Part shown: positions 46,079 to 54,940 of the stretch, piece by piece | Layout: each line of letters begins with the position of its first letter | How positions within the stretch are numbered: position 1 is the first letter of the stretch | NCBI GenBank assembly: GCA_964545665.1 | Contig: CAZJGF010000001.1 | Location: forward strand, 1 to 59,758 | Source of the DNA: an uncultured Dehalococcoidales bacterium | Lineage (GTDB): Bacteria; Chloroflexota; Dehalococcoidia; GIF9; AB-539-J10 | Direction of reading: 5' to 3' | Length of the DNA stretch: 59,758 nucleotides | Position numbers and translations under genes: made by a program | The notes under the pieces: model-generated | Databases searched by the model: none | Told to the model about the DNA's origin: nothing | Seen by the model: only the letters and a program-made list of their open reading frames with translations

Positions 46079-46741
46079 ATGATAATTGCTGAAAGGAAGC
46101 CTTTCGAGGAAATCAAGAACATGATTGTTGGTTATAAGAGAATCCTGGTGGTAGGGTGCAGGACTTGTGTCACTATCTGCTGGGCTGGTGGGGAAAAGGA
46201 GGTGGGAATACTTTCCTCCCAACTGAGGCTCCAATCGAGCAGGAACGGAGATGAGCTTTCTATTTTGGAAGCCACTGTCGAAAGGCAGTGTGAAAAGGAG
46301 ATGGTGACCCAGGAACTTGGAGATAAGGTACAGGATATAGAGGCGATTCTCTCTATGGGCTGTGGAGTCGGGGTGCAGACCATAGCCGAGATATATGAAG
46401 AAAAGCCTGTTTTCCCGGCACTTAATACTACATTTGTAGGGATGCCTGAAAAGGAAGGGCTATGGATTGAGACGTGCGGAGCGTGCGGGGATTGCTTTTT
46501 GGACAGAACAGGGGGAATCTGCCCAGTTGTGCGCTGCGCCAAGGGGCTGCTCAATGGGCCTTGTGGCGGCACAAGAAGGGGTGGGAAGTGCGAGATAGAT
46601 CCAGAGAAAGACTGTGCGTGGGTTCTTATTTACCGAAGGCTGGAAAAGCAAGGCAGGCTTGACCTAATGAGGAAATACTACGAGGCTAAGAACTATAGGA
46701 AAGTGAAAAGACCTGGGAAAATCGAAGCCTTGGAAGCTTGA
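46079..46741 (+). CDS. metV: MetV (MTHFR C-terminal-domain protein, Cys-rich partner of acetogen MetF)
   Basis: CGACGDCFLDRTGGICPVVRCAKGLLNGPCGGTRRGGKCE...CAW is the characteristic MTHFR_C block. It lies directly upstream of metF. Confidence 0.8.
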   Translation: MIIAERKPFEEIKNMIVGYKRILVVGCRTCVTICWAGGEKEVGILSSQLRLQSSRNGDELSILEATVERQCEKEMVTQELGDKVQDIEAILSMGCGVGVQTIAEIYEEKPVFPALNTTFVGMPEKEGLWIETCGACGDCFLDRTGGICPVVRCAKGLLNGPCGGTRRGGKCEIDPEKDCAWVLIYRRLEKQGRLDLMRKYYEAKNYRKVKRPGKIEALEA

Positions 46742-46758
46742 ATCATAGGGGGTGGAAA

Positions 46759-47649
46759 ATGGCAAAGCCCTTTAGGGAAACGCTAAAAAAGAAGGATTTC
46801 ATTGTAACCGCCGAGGCGGGTCCAGTGAAAGGCTCCAATGTGACAAATATGATCGAGCATATTGAACTTCTTAAAGACAAGGTGGATGGCCTAAATGTAA
46901 CTGATAATCAAAGTGCTGTCATGAGGTATCCCTCGCTTGGGACTTGCCTTCTCGTCAAAGAGCATGGCGGAGAGCCAATTCTCCAAATCACATGCAGGGA
47001 CCGTAATCGCCTGGCAATTCAGGCAGATCTTCTTTTTGCTTACTCCAGAGGAATAGATAATGTCCTCTGTCTTACCGGCGATTCTGTGGATGTTGGTGAC
47101 CATAAGGAGGCAAAACCAGTTTTCGATCTCGACTCGGTCCAGCTGATTCATTTGGTTCATAGTTTGAATTCTGGAAAAGATATGGTGGGGAATGAACTCG
47201 ATGGGGGTGTTGATTACTGTATCGGTGCCTCTGCCACCCCTTCGGCAGATCCAATCGAACCTCAGCTTATTAAATTTGATAAGAAGCTAGATGCCGGGGT
47301 GGACTTTGTTCAAACCCAGGCTGTCTATGATCTGGATGAACTCAAAAGATTTATGGAACATACCCGTAGGATGGACGGAAAGGTCAAAATTCTGGCTGGC
47401 ATAGTGCTTCTTGTCGGGGCGAGAATGGCGATGTGGATGAATGACAATGTTCCTGGCATATTTGTTCCTCAGCACTTCATTGATGAGATGGCTGAGGCTC
47501 CAAAGGGCAAAGGAGTTTCTAGGGGGATAGAGATTGCTGGAAGGCTCGTACGACAGATAAAAAAGGAGAAAATCTGTGATGGGGTTCATATCATGGCTAT
47601 TGGAAGAGAGGAGAGGGTTCCTGACATTCTAGAGGCGGCCGGAATATGA
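46759..47649 (+). CDS. metF: Methylenetetrahydrofolate reductase (acetogen-type MetF), MetV-linked copy
   Basis: ITCRDRNRLAIQ, LCLTGD and FVQTQAVYD blocks. ATG 46759 follows GGGGGTGGA. Confidence 0.85.
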   Translation: MAKPFRETLKKKDFIVTAEAGPVKGSNVTNMIEHIELLKDKVDGLNVTDNQSAVMRYPSLGTCLLVKEHGGEPILQITCRDRNRLAIQADLLFAYSRGIDNVLCLTGDSVDVGDHKEAKPVFDLDSVQLIHLVHSLNSGKDMVGNELDGGVDYCIGASATPSADPIEPQLIKFDKKLDAGVDFVQTQAVYDLDELKRFMEHTRRMDGKVKILAGIVLLVGARMAMWMNDNVPGIFVPQHFIDEMAEAPKGKGVSRGIEIAGRLVRQIKKEKICDGVHIMAIGREERVPDILEAAGI

Positions 47650-47676
47650 GAATTCAAAACTTGGGAAGGTAAGAAA

Positions 47677-48156
47677 ATGACTGTAGCGCTAAATGAGTTG
47701 GATTCCAAATTTAAATATGATGTGGCTGAAGAGCCCGGAGGAGAAAACATTAAGCTTTGTTTTGCCTGTGGTCTCTGCACCGCAAGCTGCCCAGTTGCGG
47801 ATATTGATCCGGAGTATAACCCTCGAAAGATAATTCATATGGTTCTCTTAGGGATGAGGGAGGCAGTGCTTTCTTCTAACTTTCCCTGGCTTTGCACTCA
47901 GTGCTATACATGTCAGGCTCACTGTCCTCAAAATGTAAACTTCTCTGATGTAATGAAGGCATTGAGGAGTATGGCGGTTAAGGAAGGATATGTCCATCCT
48001 TCCTTTGCCGATCAAATAAAGGAGATTGACACCTTCTCGCAAAAGCTACGTCATCAAATGGTGCTATCCATCGTGGCTAGGAAATCCGAAGAACTAAAGG
48101 CGGACGTAGAGAAACTTGCTAAGGAAGCACTGGAGAAGGCGAGAAAAGAAGTCTAG
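47677..48156 (+). CDS. hdrC: HdrC-like 2x[4Fe-4S] protein
   Basis: CFACGLCTASCPV ... CTQCYTCQAHCPQ, with the helical spacer typical of HdrC. 159 aa. Confidence 0.75.
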   Translation: MTVALNELDSKFKYDVAEEPGGENIKLCFACGLCTASCPVADIDPEYNPRKIIHMVLLGMREAVLSSNFPWLCTQCYTCQAHCPQNVNFSDVMKALRSMAVKEGYVHPSFADQIKEIDTFSQKLRHQMVLSIVARKSEELKADVEKLAKEALEKARKEV

Positions 48157-48168
48157 AGGGCCAAAGCT

Positions 48169-51100
48169 ATGGAATCTAAGAACAGCCTCGTAGGAGCGGC
48201 GCTAGTAGTTGGCGGAGGAATTGGAGGGATGCAGGCTGCGCTTGACCTTGCCGAGTCTGGGTATCACGTCTATTTGGTGGAGAAATCCCCGGCTATCGGT
48301 GGGGCAATGGCTCAGCTGGATAAGACCTTTCCCACCTTAGATTGTTCCATGTGTATTCTCTCTCCCAAACTCATTGAATGTGGAAGGCATCCCAACATAG
48401 AATTGCTTTCCTGCTCAGAACTTGTTGAAGTCAACGGGGAGCCGGGGGATTTCAAAGCCAAGGTCTTAAAGCATCCGAGGTATGTTGATGTTGCCAGGTG
48501 CACCGGGTGCGCTGAGTGTGCTGAAGTCTGTCCGGTAGAGCTTCCCAACGAGTTCGAACAGGATTTAGCTTCGAGGAAGGCCATATTCAGGCCATTCGCC
48601 CAAGCCTTTCCCAATGCCTTTGCCATCGAGAAGAGGGAGAGACCGCCATGCACTTTGACTTGTCCAGCAGGGATAAACATTCAAGGATACGTGGCTTTGA
48701 TCGCCAAGAGGAAATATAGAGAAGCGCTATCCCTGATCAGGGAGTGGGTTCCTATCCCAGGAGTACTGGGTAGGATTTGCCCTGCTCCCTGCGAGGAGAA
48801 ATGCAACCGCAAGCTCTTAGAAGAGCCTGTAGCAATTCGAGTCCTGAAGAGATTTGCCGCCGATATGGTTGAAGATGAATTGTCACCTCCCGAGATAGAG
48901 GAGAAAGAGGAAAGGGTTGCTATCATCGGCTCAGGGCCAGCAGGGCTTACCTGCGCCCATTACCTTCGTCGCGAAGGATATCAGGTTACTGTCTTTGAAG
49001 CCCTCCCTGTGGTTGGAGGAATGCTTTATGTAGGCATCCCTGAGTACCGTTTGCCTAAGAACGTTGTTGAGAAGGAGATTGAGAGTATCAAACGCCTGGG
49101 GATAGAGATAAAGACCAATACCCCTATTGGTGCAGAAATTGGCATTAAAGACCTTCTTGAACAAGGATATGAAGCCGTATTTATCAGTGTTGGAGCGCAT
49201 CGTAGTCAGCGACTTGGCGTTCCAGGCGAAAATGCAGAAAGGGTGATTCACGGTGTCGATTTCTTGAGAGATATTAATTTGGGGAAGGAAGTGAAGACGA
49301 AAGGGAAAGTAGTGATAATAGGAGGTGGAGACGTTGCCATAGATTCAGCCCGCTCTGTTCTTCGCTTGGGTGCCGATGAAGTCGTAGTCCTTTACAGGAG
49401 GACGAGAGTTGAAATGCCTGCCAGGGAGGAAGAGGTTAAAGCTGCCGAAGAGGAAGGGGTGAAGATAGAATATTTGGTCGCTCCTGTGGAGATCCTCTGC
49501 GAAAATGGTAAGGTTACCGGAGTAAAGTGTACTCGTATGCAGCTTGGGGAGCCCGACGTCACCGGGAGGAAGCGTCCTATACCCATACCGGGTTCCGAGT
49601 TTGACCTTAAGGTTGATATGGTAATTCCGGCAATCGGGCAGACGCCTGACCTCTCCTTTGTAGAAAACAGCGGGATAAACATCTCCAGCAGGGGCACTAT
49701 CCAAGTTGACCCAATGACTTTGGAAACAGGCTGTGAAGGAGTCTTTTCTGGAGGGGATTGCCAGACTGGGCCCTCTATTGCAGTTGAAGCTGTAGCCGCT
49801 GGTGCGCGGGCAGCAGAATCCATCATCAGATATATTAACCATCAAGACCTCAAAGAGGGAAGGACTGTAGAGAGGAAGCTCTCCGGTGTTTCTTTTATTC
49901 CTTTCGGTATGGCCAGGGAGTCAAGACAGAAGATGCCAACCATCCCTGTTGAGGAGAGGAAGGTAAGCTTTAAGGAGATAGAGCTTGGCTTCCCTGAAGA
50001 TATGGCCATTAGGGAGGCAAGTCGCTGCCTTGCCTGCGGAATTTGTTCTGAGTGTATGCAATGCGTCGCAGCTTGCAAAGCTAATGCTATTGATCACAAC
50101 ATGAGAGAAGAGATTGTACAACTGAATGTGGGCTCTGTGGTACTCTGTCCTGGATTTGATGAATTCGACCCTGGCCCTCTCTTCAATTACGGATACAGGA
50201 GATATTCCAACGTGGTAACTAGCATAGAATTTGAGAGGATGCTCTCGGCATCGGGGCCATATCAAGGAGAGCTCAAGAGGCCTTCAGATGGGAGGCCGCC
50301 TCAAAGGATAGCCTGGATTCAATGCGTTGGCTCAAGAGATGAAAGCCTAAATCGAGGATATTGCTCTTCTGTGTGCTGCACCTACGCTGTGAAACAAGCT
50401 ATTATCGCCAAGGAACATGTCCCTCTTGAACTGGAAGAGACTATCTTCTTCATGGATATACGAACTCAAGGGAAGGACTTTGATAAGTTCTACAGGCGGG
50501 GAGAGGAAGAGGGAATAGAATTTATGAGGGCTAGGGTCTATAGGATTGAGGAATCAGATGGCACCGGTAGTTTACTTCTCAAGTATGTAGGCGAGGATGA
50601 TAAGCCAAGCACTCGTGAGTTTGACCTGGTTGTCCTATCTGTAGGCCTTCAGCCTTCCTCGACAGCGATAGAACTAGCCAAGAAGCTTGGCATCCAGCTC
50701 AATAAATATGGATTTTGTCACACGAATACATTTTCTCCAGTGGAGACTTCGAGGCCGGGAATCTTTGCCGCTGGCGCCTTTCAAGGCCCGAAGGATATTC
50801 CTGAGACTGTGATGCAGGCAAGCGGAGCAGCGGGAAGCGTTTCCGCTTTGCTTGCTCCGGCACGGAATACCCTGATCAAGAAGAAGCAATATCCGCCGGA
50901 AAGAGACGTCTCTGGGGAAGAACCCAGGATTGGTGTTTTCATATGCCACTGTGGCATCAATATTGGGGGAGTGGTCAATGTGCCTGACGTCACTGACTAC
51001 GCTAAGACACTTCCTGGCGTAGTTTATGCTGAAGACAACCTCTACACTTGCTCTCAGGACACTCAGGAAAGAATAAAAGCAATGGCAAAGGAACATGGTC

Positions 51101-52611
51101 TAAATCGGGTGGTGGTAGCATCGTGCACCCCTCGGACACATGAGCCTTTGTTCCAGGAGACTATCAGAGAAGCCGGCTTGAATAAATACCTTTTTGAGTT
51201 TGCCAATATCCGTGACCAATGCTCCTGGGTTCACATGCATGAGCCAGAGAAGGCTACTGAGAAGGCGAAGGATTTGCTAGGAATGGCAGTGGCAAAGGTA
51301 AGGCTGAAAAAACCACTTAAGCCTCTGTCTCTCCCAGTTAATCACTCTGCTTTGGTTATTGGGGGAGGAATAGCAGGGATGGTAAGTGCCTTAAACTTGG
51401 CAGAGCAAGGTTTCGAAGTCCATCTTATTGAGAGGAGCAGCGAGCTCGGTGGTATGGCAAGGAAAATACATCATACTATTGATAATGGAGATGTTCAGAC
51501 TTTTCTCGGCGATTTAATTAAGAAGGTTAAGGAACATACTAAGGTTAGGGTCTATTACAATACTTGGATTGTAGATGCCTATGGATATGTGGGTCACTTC
51601 ACCACCGAGATAATGAGATATCGAGGCAGGGTAGTAGAGAAGATAGAGCATGGCGCGACTATCATTGCCACCGGGGCCCAGGAGTATAAGCCGAACGGTG
51701 AGTACCTCTATGGAAGAGACCCAAGGGTGCTTACCCAACTTGAACTTGAAGATGAGATAGCCAGAGAGAGTCCGGACATTATCAACTGCGATAACGTAGT
51801 GATGATTCAGTGTGTGGGCTCTCGCAATGGTCAACGACCTTATTGCAGCCGGGTGTGCTGCAATCAAGCAATTAAGAATGCTCTAAAGCTTAAGGAAATA
51901 AGGCCTGAAATGAACATTTACATCCTCTATCGGGATATGAGGACGTATGGATTCTATGAGGAACATTACCGGGAGGCAAGACAACAAGGGGTTGTCTTCC
52001 TCCGCTATGAGCCAGAAGATAAGCCTCGGGTGAGTCAAGAGAGAAAGAGTGGCCAGCTTTTGATAAGGGTTGAGAGCAAGGATCCGGTGCTGGGGGAGAA
52101 AGTAGCTATTGATGCTGATATTCTTGCCCTATCTGTGCCCATGGTTCCCCCGGAGGAAGCAAGAGAGCTTGCAATGCTCTACAAGGTGCCTTTAAACGAG
52201 GATGGCTTCTTCCTAGAGGCACATGTAAAGCTTCGTCCGGTGGATTTCGCCACCGATGGGATCTTTGTCTGCGGGCTTGCCCATGCCCCTAAGTCGATAG
52301 AGGAAAGCATCGCTCAGGCTAAAGCAGCCGCCTCTCGAGCAACCACTATATTAGCCAAGGATACCGTTACGGCTGAGGGCATTGTTGCCTCCGTAAACGA
52401 AAATATTTGCTCAGGTTGTGGCATTTGTGAGGCTCTCTGCCCTTATGGGGCTATCACTATTGATAGGGATAAGAATGTAGCCAAAGTTAACGAAGCTTTG
52501 TGTAAGGGTTGTGGCACTTGCTGTGCCGCTTGCCCTTCAGGAGCTGCCCAACAAAGGAGTTTTACCTCGGAGCAGATTTCAGCCATGCTGGATGCTATTT
52601 TGGAGGTTTAG
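48169..52611 (+). CDS. Giant HdrA-GltD-HdrA fusion flavoprotein (HdrL-like)
   Basis: 1480-aa uninterrupted ORF. Order of parts: HdrA N-part (VVGGGIGGMQAALDLA, LDKTFPTLDCSMC, CTGCAECAEVCP); GltD-like insert at ~48640-49860 (CPAGINIQGY, ICPAPCEEKCNR, IIGSGPAGLTCAHYL, GGMLYVGIPEYRLP, IIGGGDVAIDSAR, GVFSGGDCQTGP); rest of HdrA (CLACGICSECMQC, WIQCVGSRDE..YCSSVCC); the IGVFICHCG domain; a second HdrA unit (VIGGGIAGMVSALNLA, MIQCVGSRNG..YCSRVCC); and a terminal CSGCGICEALCP / CKGCGTCCAACP. Confidence 0.9.
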   Translation: MESKNSLVGAALVVGGGIGGMQAALDLAESGYHVYLVEKSPAIGGAMAQLDKTFPTLDCSMCILSPKLIECGRHPNIELLSCSELVEVNGEPGDFKAKVLKHPRYVDVARCTGCAECAEVCPVELPNEFEQDLASRKAIFRPFAQAFPNAFAIEKRERPPCTLTCPAGINIQGYVALIAKRKYREALSLIREWVPIPGVLGRICPAPCEEKCNRKLLEEPVAIRVLKRFAADMVEDELSPPEIEEKEERVAIIGSGPAGLTCAHYLRREGYQVTVFEALPVVGGMLYVGIPEYRLPKNVVEKEIESIKRLGIEIKTNTPIGAEIGIKDLLEQGYEAVFISVGAHRSQRLGVPGENAERVIHGVDFLRDINLGKEVKTKGKVVIIGGGDVAIDSARSVLRLGADEVVVLYRRTRVEMPAREEEVKAAEEEGVKIEYLVAPVEILCENGKVTGVKCTRMQLGEPDVTGRKRPIPIPGSEFDLKVDMVIPAIGQTPDLSFVENSGINISSRGTIQVDPMTLETGCEGVFSGGDCQTGPSIAVEAVAAGARAAESIIRYINHQDLKEGRTVERKLSGVSFIPFGMARESRQKMPTIPVEERKVSFKEIELGFPEDMAIREASRCLACGICSECMQCVAACKANAIDHNMREEIVQLNVGSVVLCPGFDEFDPGPLFNYGYRRYSNVVTSIEFERMLSASGPYQGELKRPSDGRPPQRIAWIQCVGSRDESLNRGYCSSVCCTYAVKQAIIAKEHVPLELEETIFFMDIRTQGKDFDKFYRRGEEEGIEFMRARVYRIEESDGTGSLLLKYVGEDDKPSTREFDLVVLSVGLQPSSTAIELAKKLGIQLNKYGFCHTNTFSPVETSRPGIFAAGAFQGPKDIPETVMQASGAAGSVSALLAPARNTLIKKKQYPPERDVSGEEPRIGVFICHCGINIGGVVNVPDVTDYAKTLPGVVYAEDNLYTCSQDTQERIKAMAKEHGLNRVVVASCTPRTHEPLFQETIREAGLNKYLFEFANIRDQCSWVHMHEPEKATEKAKDLLGMAVAKVRLKKPLKPLSLPVNHSALVIGGGIAGMVSALNLAEQGFEVHLIERSSELGGMARKIHHTIDNGDVQTFLGDLIKKVKEHTKVRVYYNTWIVDAYGYVGHFTTEIMRYRGRVVEKIEHGATIIATGAQEYKPNGEYLYGRDPRVLTQLELEDEIARESPDIINCDNVVMIQCVGSRNGQRPYCSRVCCNQAIKNALKLKEIRPEMNIYILYRDMRTYGFYEEHYREARQQGVVFLRYEPEDKPRVSQERKSGQLLIRVESKDPVLGEKVAIDADILALSVPMVPPEEARELAMLYKVPLNEDGFFLEAHVKLRPVDFATDGIFVCGLAHAPKSIEESIAQAKAAASRATTILAKDTVTAEGIVASVNENICSGCGICEALCPYGAITIDRDKNVAKVNEALCKGCGTCCAACPSGAAQQRSFTSEQISAMLDAILEV

Positions 52612-52612
52612 A

Positions 52613-53032
52613 ATGGCCAAGAATGAATTTGAGCCGAAAATACTAGGTTTCTGTTGTAACTGGTGTTCGTATGCTGGTGCTGACCTTGCTGGTGTCTCGC
52701 GGTTCCAATATCCCCCCAATATAAGGATAATAAGGGTGATGTGCTCCGGCCGGGTAAGCCCTGCTTTTGTTCTGAAGGCATTAGCGGTTGGATTCGATGG
52801 TGTGCTCATCGCTGGCTGCCATCCAGGGGATTGCCATTATATATCCGGCAACTATAAAACGAGAAGAAGGGCGGAATTCACAAAAAGGCTTTTGGAGCAG
52901 TTTGGAATGGAACCAGAAAGACTGAGATTGGAGTGGATCTCAGCATCTGAGGGAATGAAATTTGCTGAGGTGGTGAGAGACTTCACCAACAAAATAAAGG
53001 AGTTAGGACCAAATTCACTGAAAAGGAGCTGA
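52613..53032 (+). CDS. mvhD: MvhD/FlpD-like protein (copy 2)
   Basis: KILGFCCNWCSYAGAD ... IIRVMCSGRV ... GVLIAGCHPGDCHY. ATG 52613 lies 2 nt after the stop of the giant gene and 7 nt after GGAGG. Confidence 0.85.
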   Translation: MAKNEFEPKILGFCCNWCSYAGADLAGVSRFQYPPNIRIIRVMCSGRVSPAFVLKALAVGFDGVLIAGCHPGDCHYISGNYKTRRRAEFTKRLLEQFGMEPERLRLEWISASEGMKFAEVVRDFTNKIKELGPNSLKRS

Positions 53033-53036
53033 GCAG

Positions 53037-53689
53037 ATGGCAAGAAGATGGAAAATAGAACTAGCCTTTTATTGGGCAGCCACCTGTGGAGGCTGTGATG
53101 TGGCAACTTTGGACATTGGAGAGAAAATCCTCGATGTGGTGGACATTGCCGATATTGTCCTTTGGCCTGTGGCGATGGACTTCAAGTACAGAGACGTAGA
53201 GAAGATGGAGCCAAAAAGCATAGATCTGTGTTTGTGTAACGGCGCGGTAAGAAGTCCGGAGCATGAGGAAATAGCCAAGATGCTAAGGGAAAAACCAAAG
53301 GTGATGGTAGCATTTGGAAGTTGCGCCTGCTTCGCGGGATACCGGGGCTTGGGAATGTAGCAAATAAAGAGCAAATATTTGATGTGGCATACCAAGAGAC
53401 ACCTTCCACAGTGAACCCAGATTCTATTGTGCCCAAGACAGAATGTGAAGTGGCGGGAGAGATTTTGACACTTCCTGAGTTGTACGACACGGTGAAGACA
53501 CTGGATCAAACAGTGGATGTTGATTATTACGTGCTTGGTTGGCCCCCGGTTGTAGACGGTATAAACGACGCTGTGGGAATAATCGCCAAGTACGCAGAAA
53601 CCGGGGAGCTGCCTCCAAAGGGAACAGTTGTCGCTTTCGACAAGACTGTATGTGATGAGTGTCCACCCAGCTTCACTTCTGTGCCTTAG
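53037..53689 (+). pseudogene. mvhG: [NiFe]-hydrogenase small subunit (MvhG-like): frameshifted, mutated and 3'-truncated
   Basis: Frame 0 reads ATCGGCDVATLD ... AFGSCACFAG and then stops. The expected continuation GIPGLGNVAN... is in the -1 frame from the GGG run at 53336-53338. The conserved PGCPP is LGWPP (TGG at 53540-53542). The ORF ends soon after VCDECP, so the C-terminal cluster-binding part is missing. Confidence 0.7.
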
Positions 53690-54807
53690 GAGCCCCGGAC
53701 TTTATTGTAGGCCCAAGAGCTGAAGCAGCGAAGAGAAACATAATCGGAGTAGTAGAAAAAGCAGGCACGGAATTGGGGCTGGCGGTGATACATGCTAGGG
53801 GATATGCACAGAGAATACAGGAGATAGTGGGAGGAAAGGCAACACATCCAGTATGTGGCCTGCCCGGGGGTATGTCAAAGGCTCTCTCGAATGAGGAGAG
53901 GGATGAGATAGAGGGTGAGGCCAAGAAGCTAGTTGATTTTGGCAAGAAAAGCCTTGAGATATTTGATGACCTTGTGTTGAAGAACAAAGAATATGTGGAT
54001 TTGATCACAGGTGATACTTATTACCATGAGACGTATTACATGGGCATGGTAGATGAAAATGAGAAAGTAAATTTCTATGAAGGAAAAATAAAGGTGGTGG
54101 ATCCGGATGGAAAGGAATATGCTAGATTTGATGCCAAGGACTACTTGGACTATATAAGCGAAGCAGTGGAGCCTTGGTCGTACCTAAAGTTTCCTTATCT
54201 AAAAGGGGTTGGATGGAAAGGGCTCGTAGATGGGAAGGAGAGTGGCATTTATAGACTGAATTCACTGGCAAGGCTGAATGTTGCCAGTGGCATGGCTACT
54301 CCTAGAGCACAAGAAGCATACACGAGAATGTATGACTTCTTCGGTAAAAAGCCAGTCCATAGCACCCTTGCGTTCCACTGGGCCCGCCTCATAGAGAATC
54401 TATATGCTGCTGAGAGATGCTTGGAGCTCATTCAAGACCCGGAGACAAGTTCTCAAGATATAAGAGGCGACTTAGGAGAGCCTGGCGAGGGGCTAGGTTG
54501 CGTAGAAGCTCCTCGTGTTACACTCTTCCATCACTACTGGGCAGATGAAAAAGGAATAACCAAGAAAGTTAACCTAATAGTCGCCACAGCTCAGAATAAC
54601 GGCCCGATGTGTATGTCAATTAAGAGAGCGGCGCAGAGCTTAATAAAGAATTGGAAAGTAGAAGAAGGCTTACTAAATATGGTAGAAATGGCTTTTAGGG
54701 CTTACGATCCTTGCCTTGCATGCGCAACTCATACGCTTCTAGGACAGGTGCCCCTAAAAATCGTCATAGTTGGCCCAGACAGAAAGGAGTTGCAAAGGCT
54801 AGGTTGA
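53659..54807 (+). pseudogene. mvhA: [NiFe]-hydrogenase large subunit (MvhA-like), 5'-truncated
   Basis: It reads from LHFCALGAPDFIVG to the C-terminal Ni-ligand motif DPCLACATH. The first ~110 aa, including the N-terminal R.CG.C Ni-binding motif, are absent. The frame is closed immediately upstream by TGA TGA (53653-53658). Confidence 0.7.
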
Positions 54808-54940
54808 AGCATCCCATACGACAACTGGCTGACGGCTGACAGCTTAGAGATGGAGACTCTGGTTTCTAGACTGGTGCAAAATTGGACAAAGTGGTATTCT
54901 GTATTGTCACCTGCTCTAATACTCTTGCCAGAGTAGCAGA

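Noticed and set aside
52511-52612. N-terminally extended starts offered by the ORF track for mvhD (52511 and 45638), fhs (18480), acsC (27069), metF (46738) and the C_GCAxxG gene (4255).
   Set aside because: The extensions overlap the preceding gene or a terminator hairpin and add non-homologous residues. Internal ATGs with good GGAGG spacing reproduce the family N-termini.
53653-53658. TGA TGA immediately upstream of the large-subunit hydrogenase frame. Could it be selenocysteine read-through?
   Set aside because: Sec in [NiFeSe] hydrogenases is at the C-terminal motif, which here is an ordinary DPCLACATH. Two consecutive TGAs and the absence of upstream large-subunit sequence in that frame indicate truncation, not recoding.
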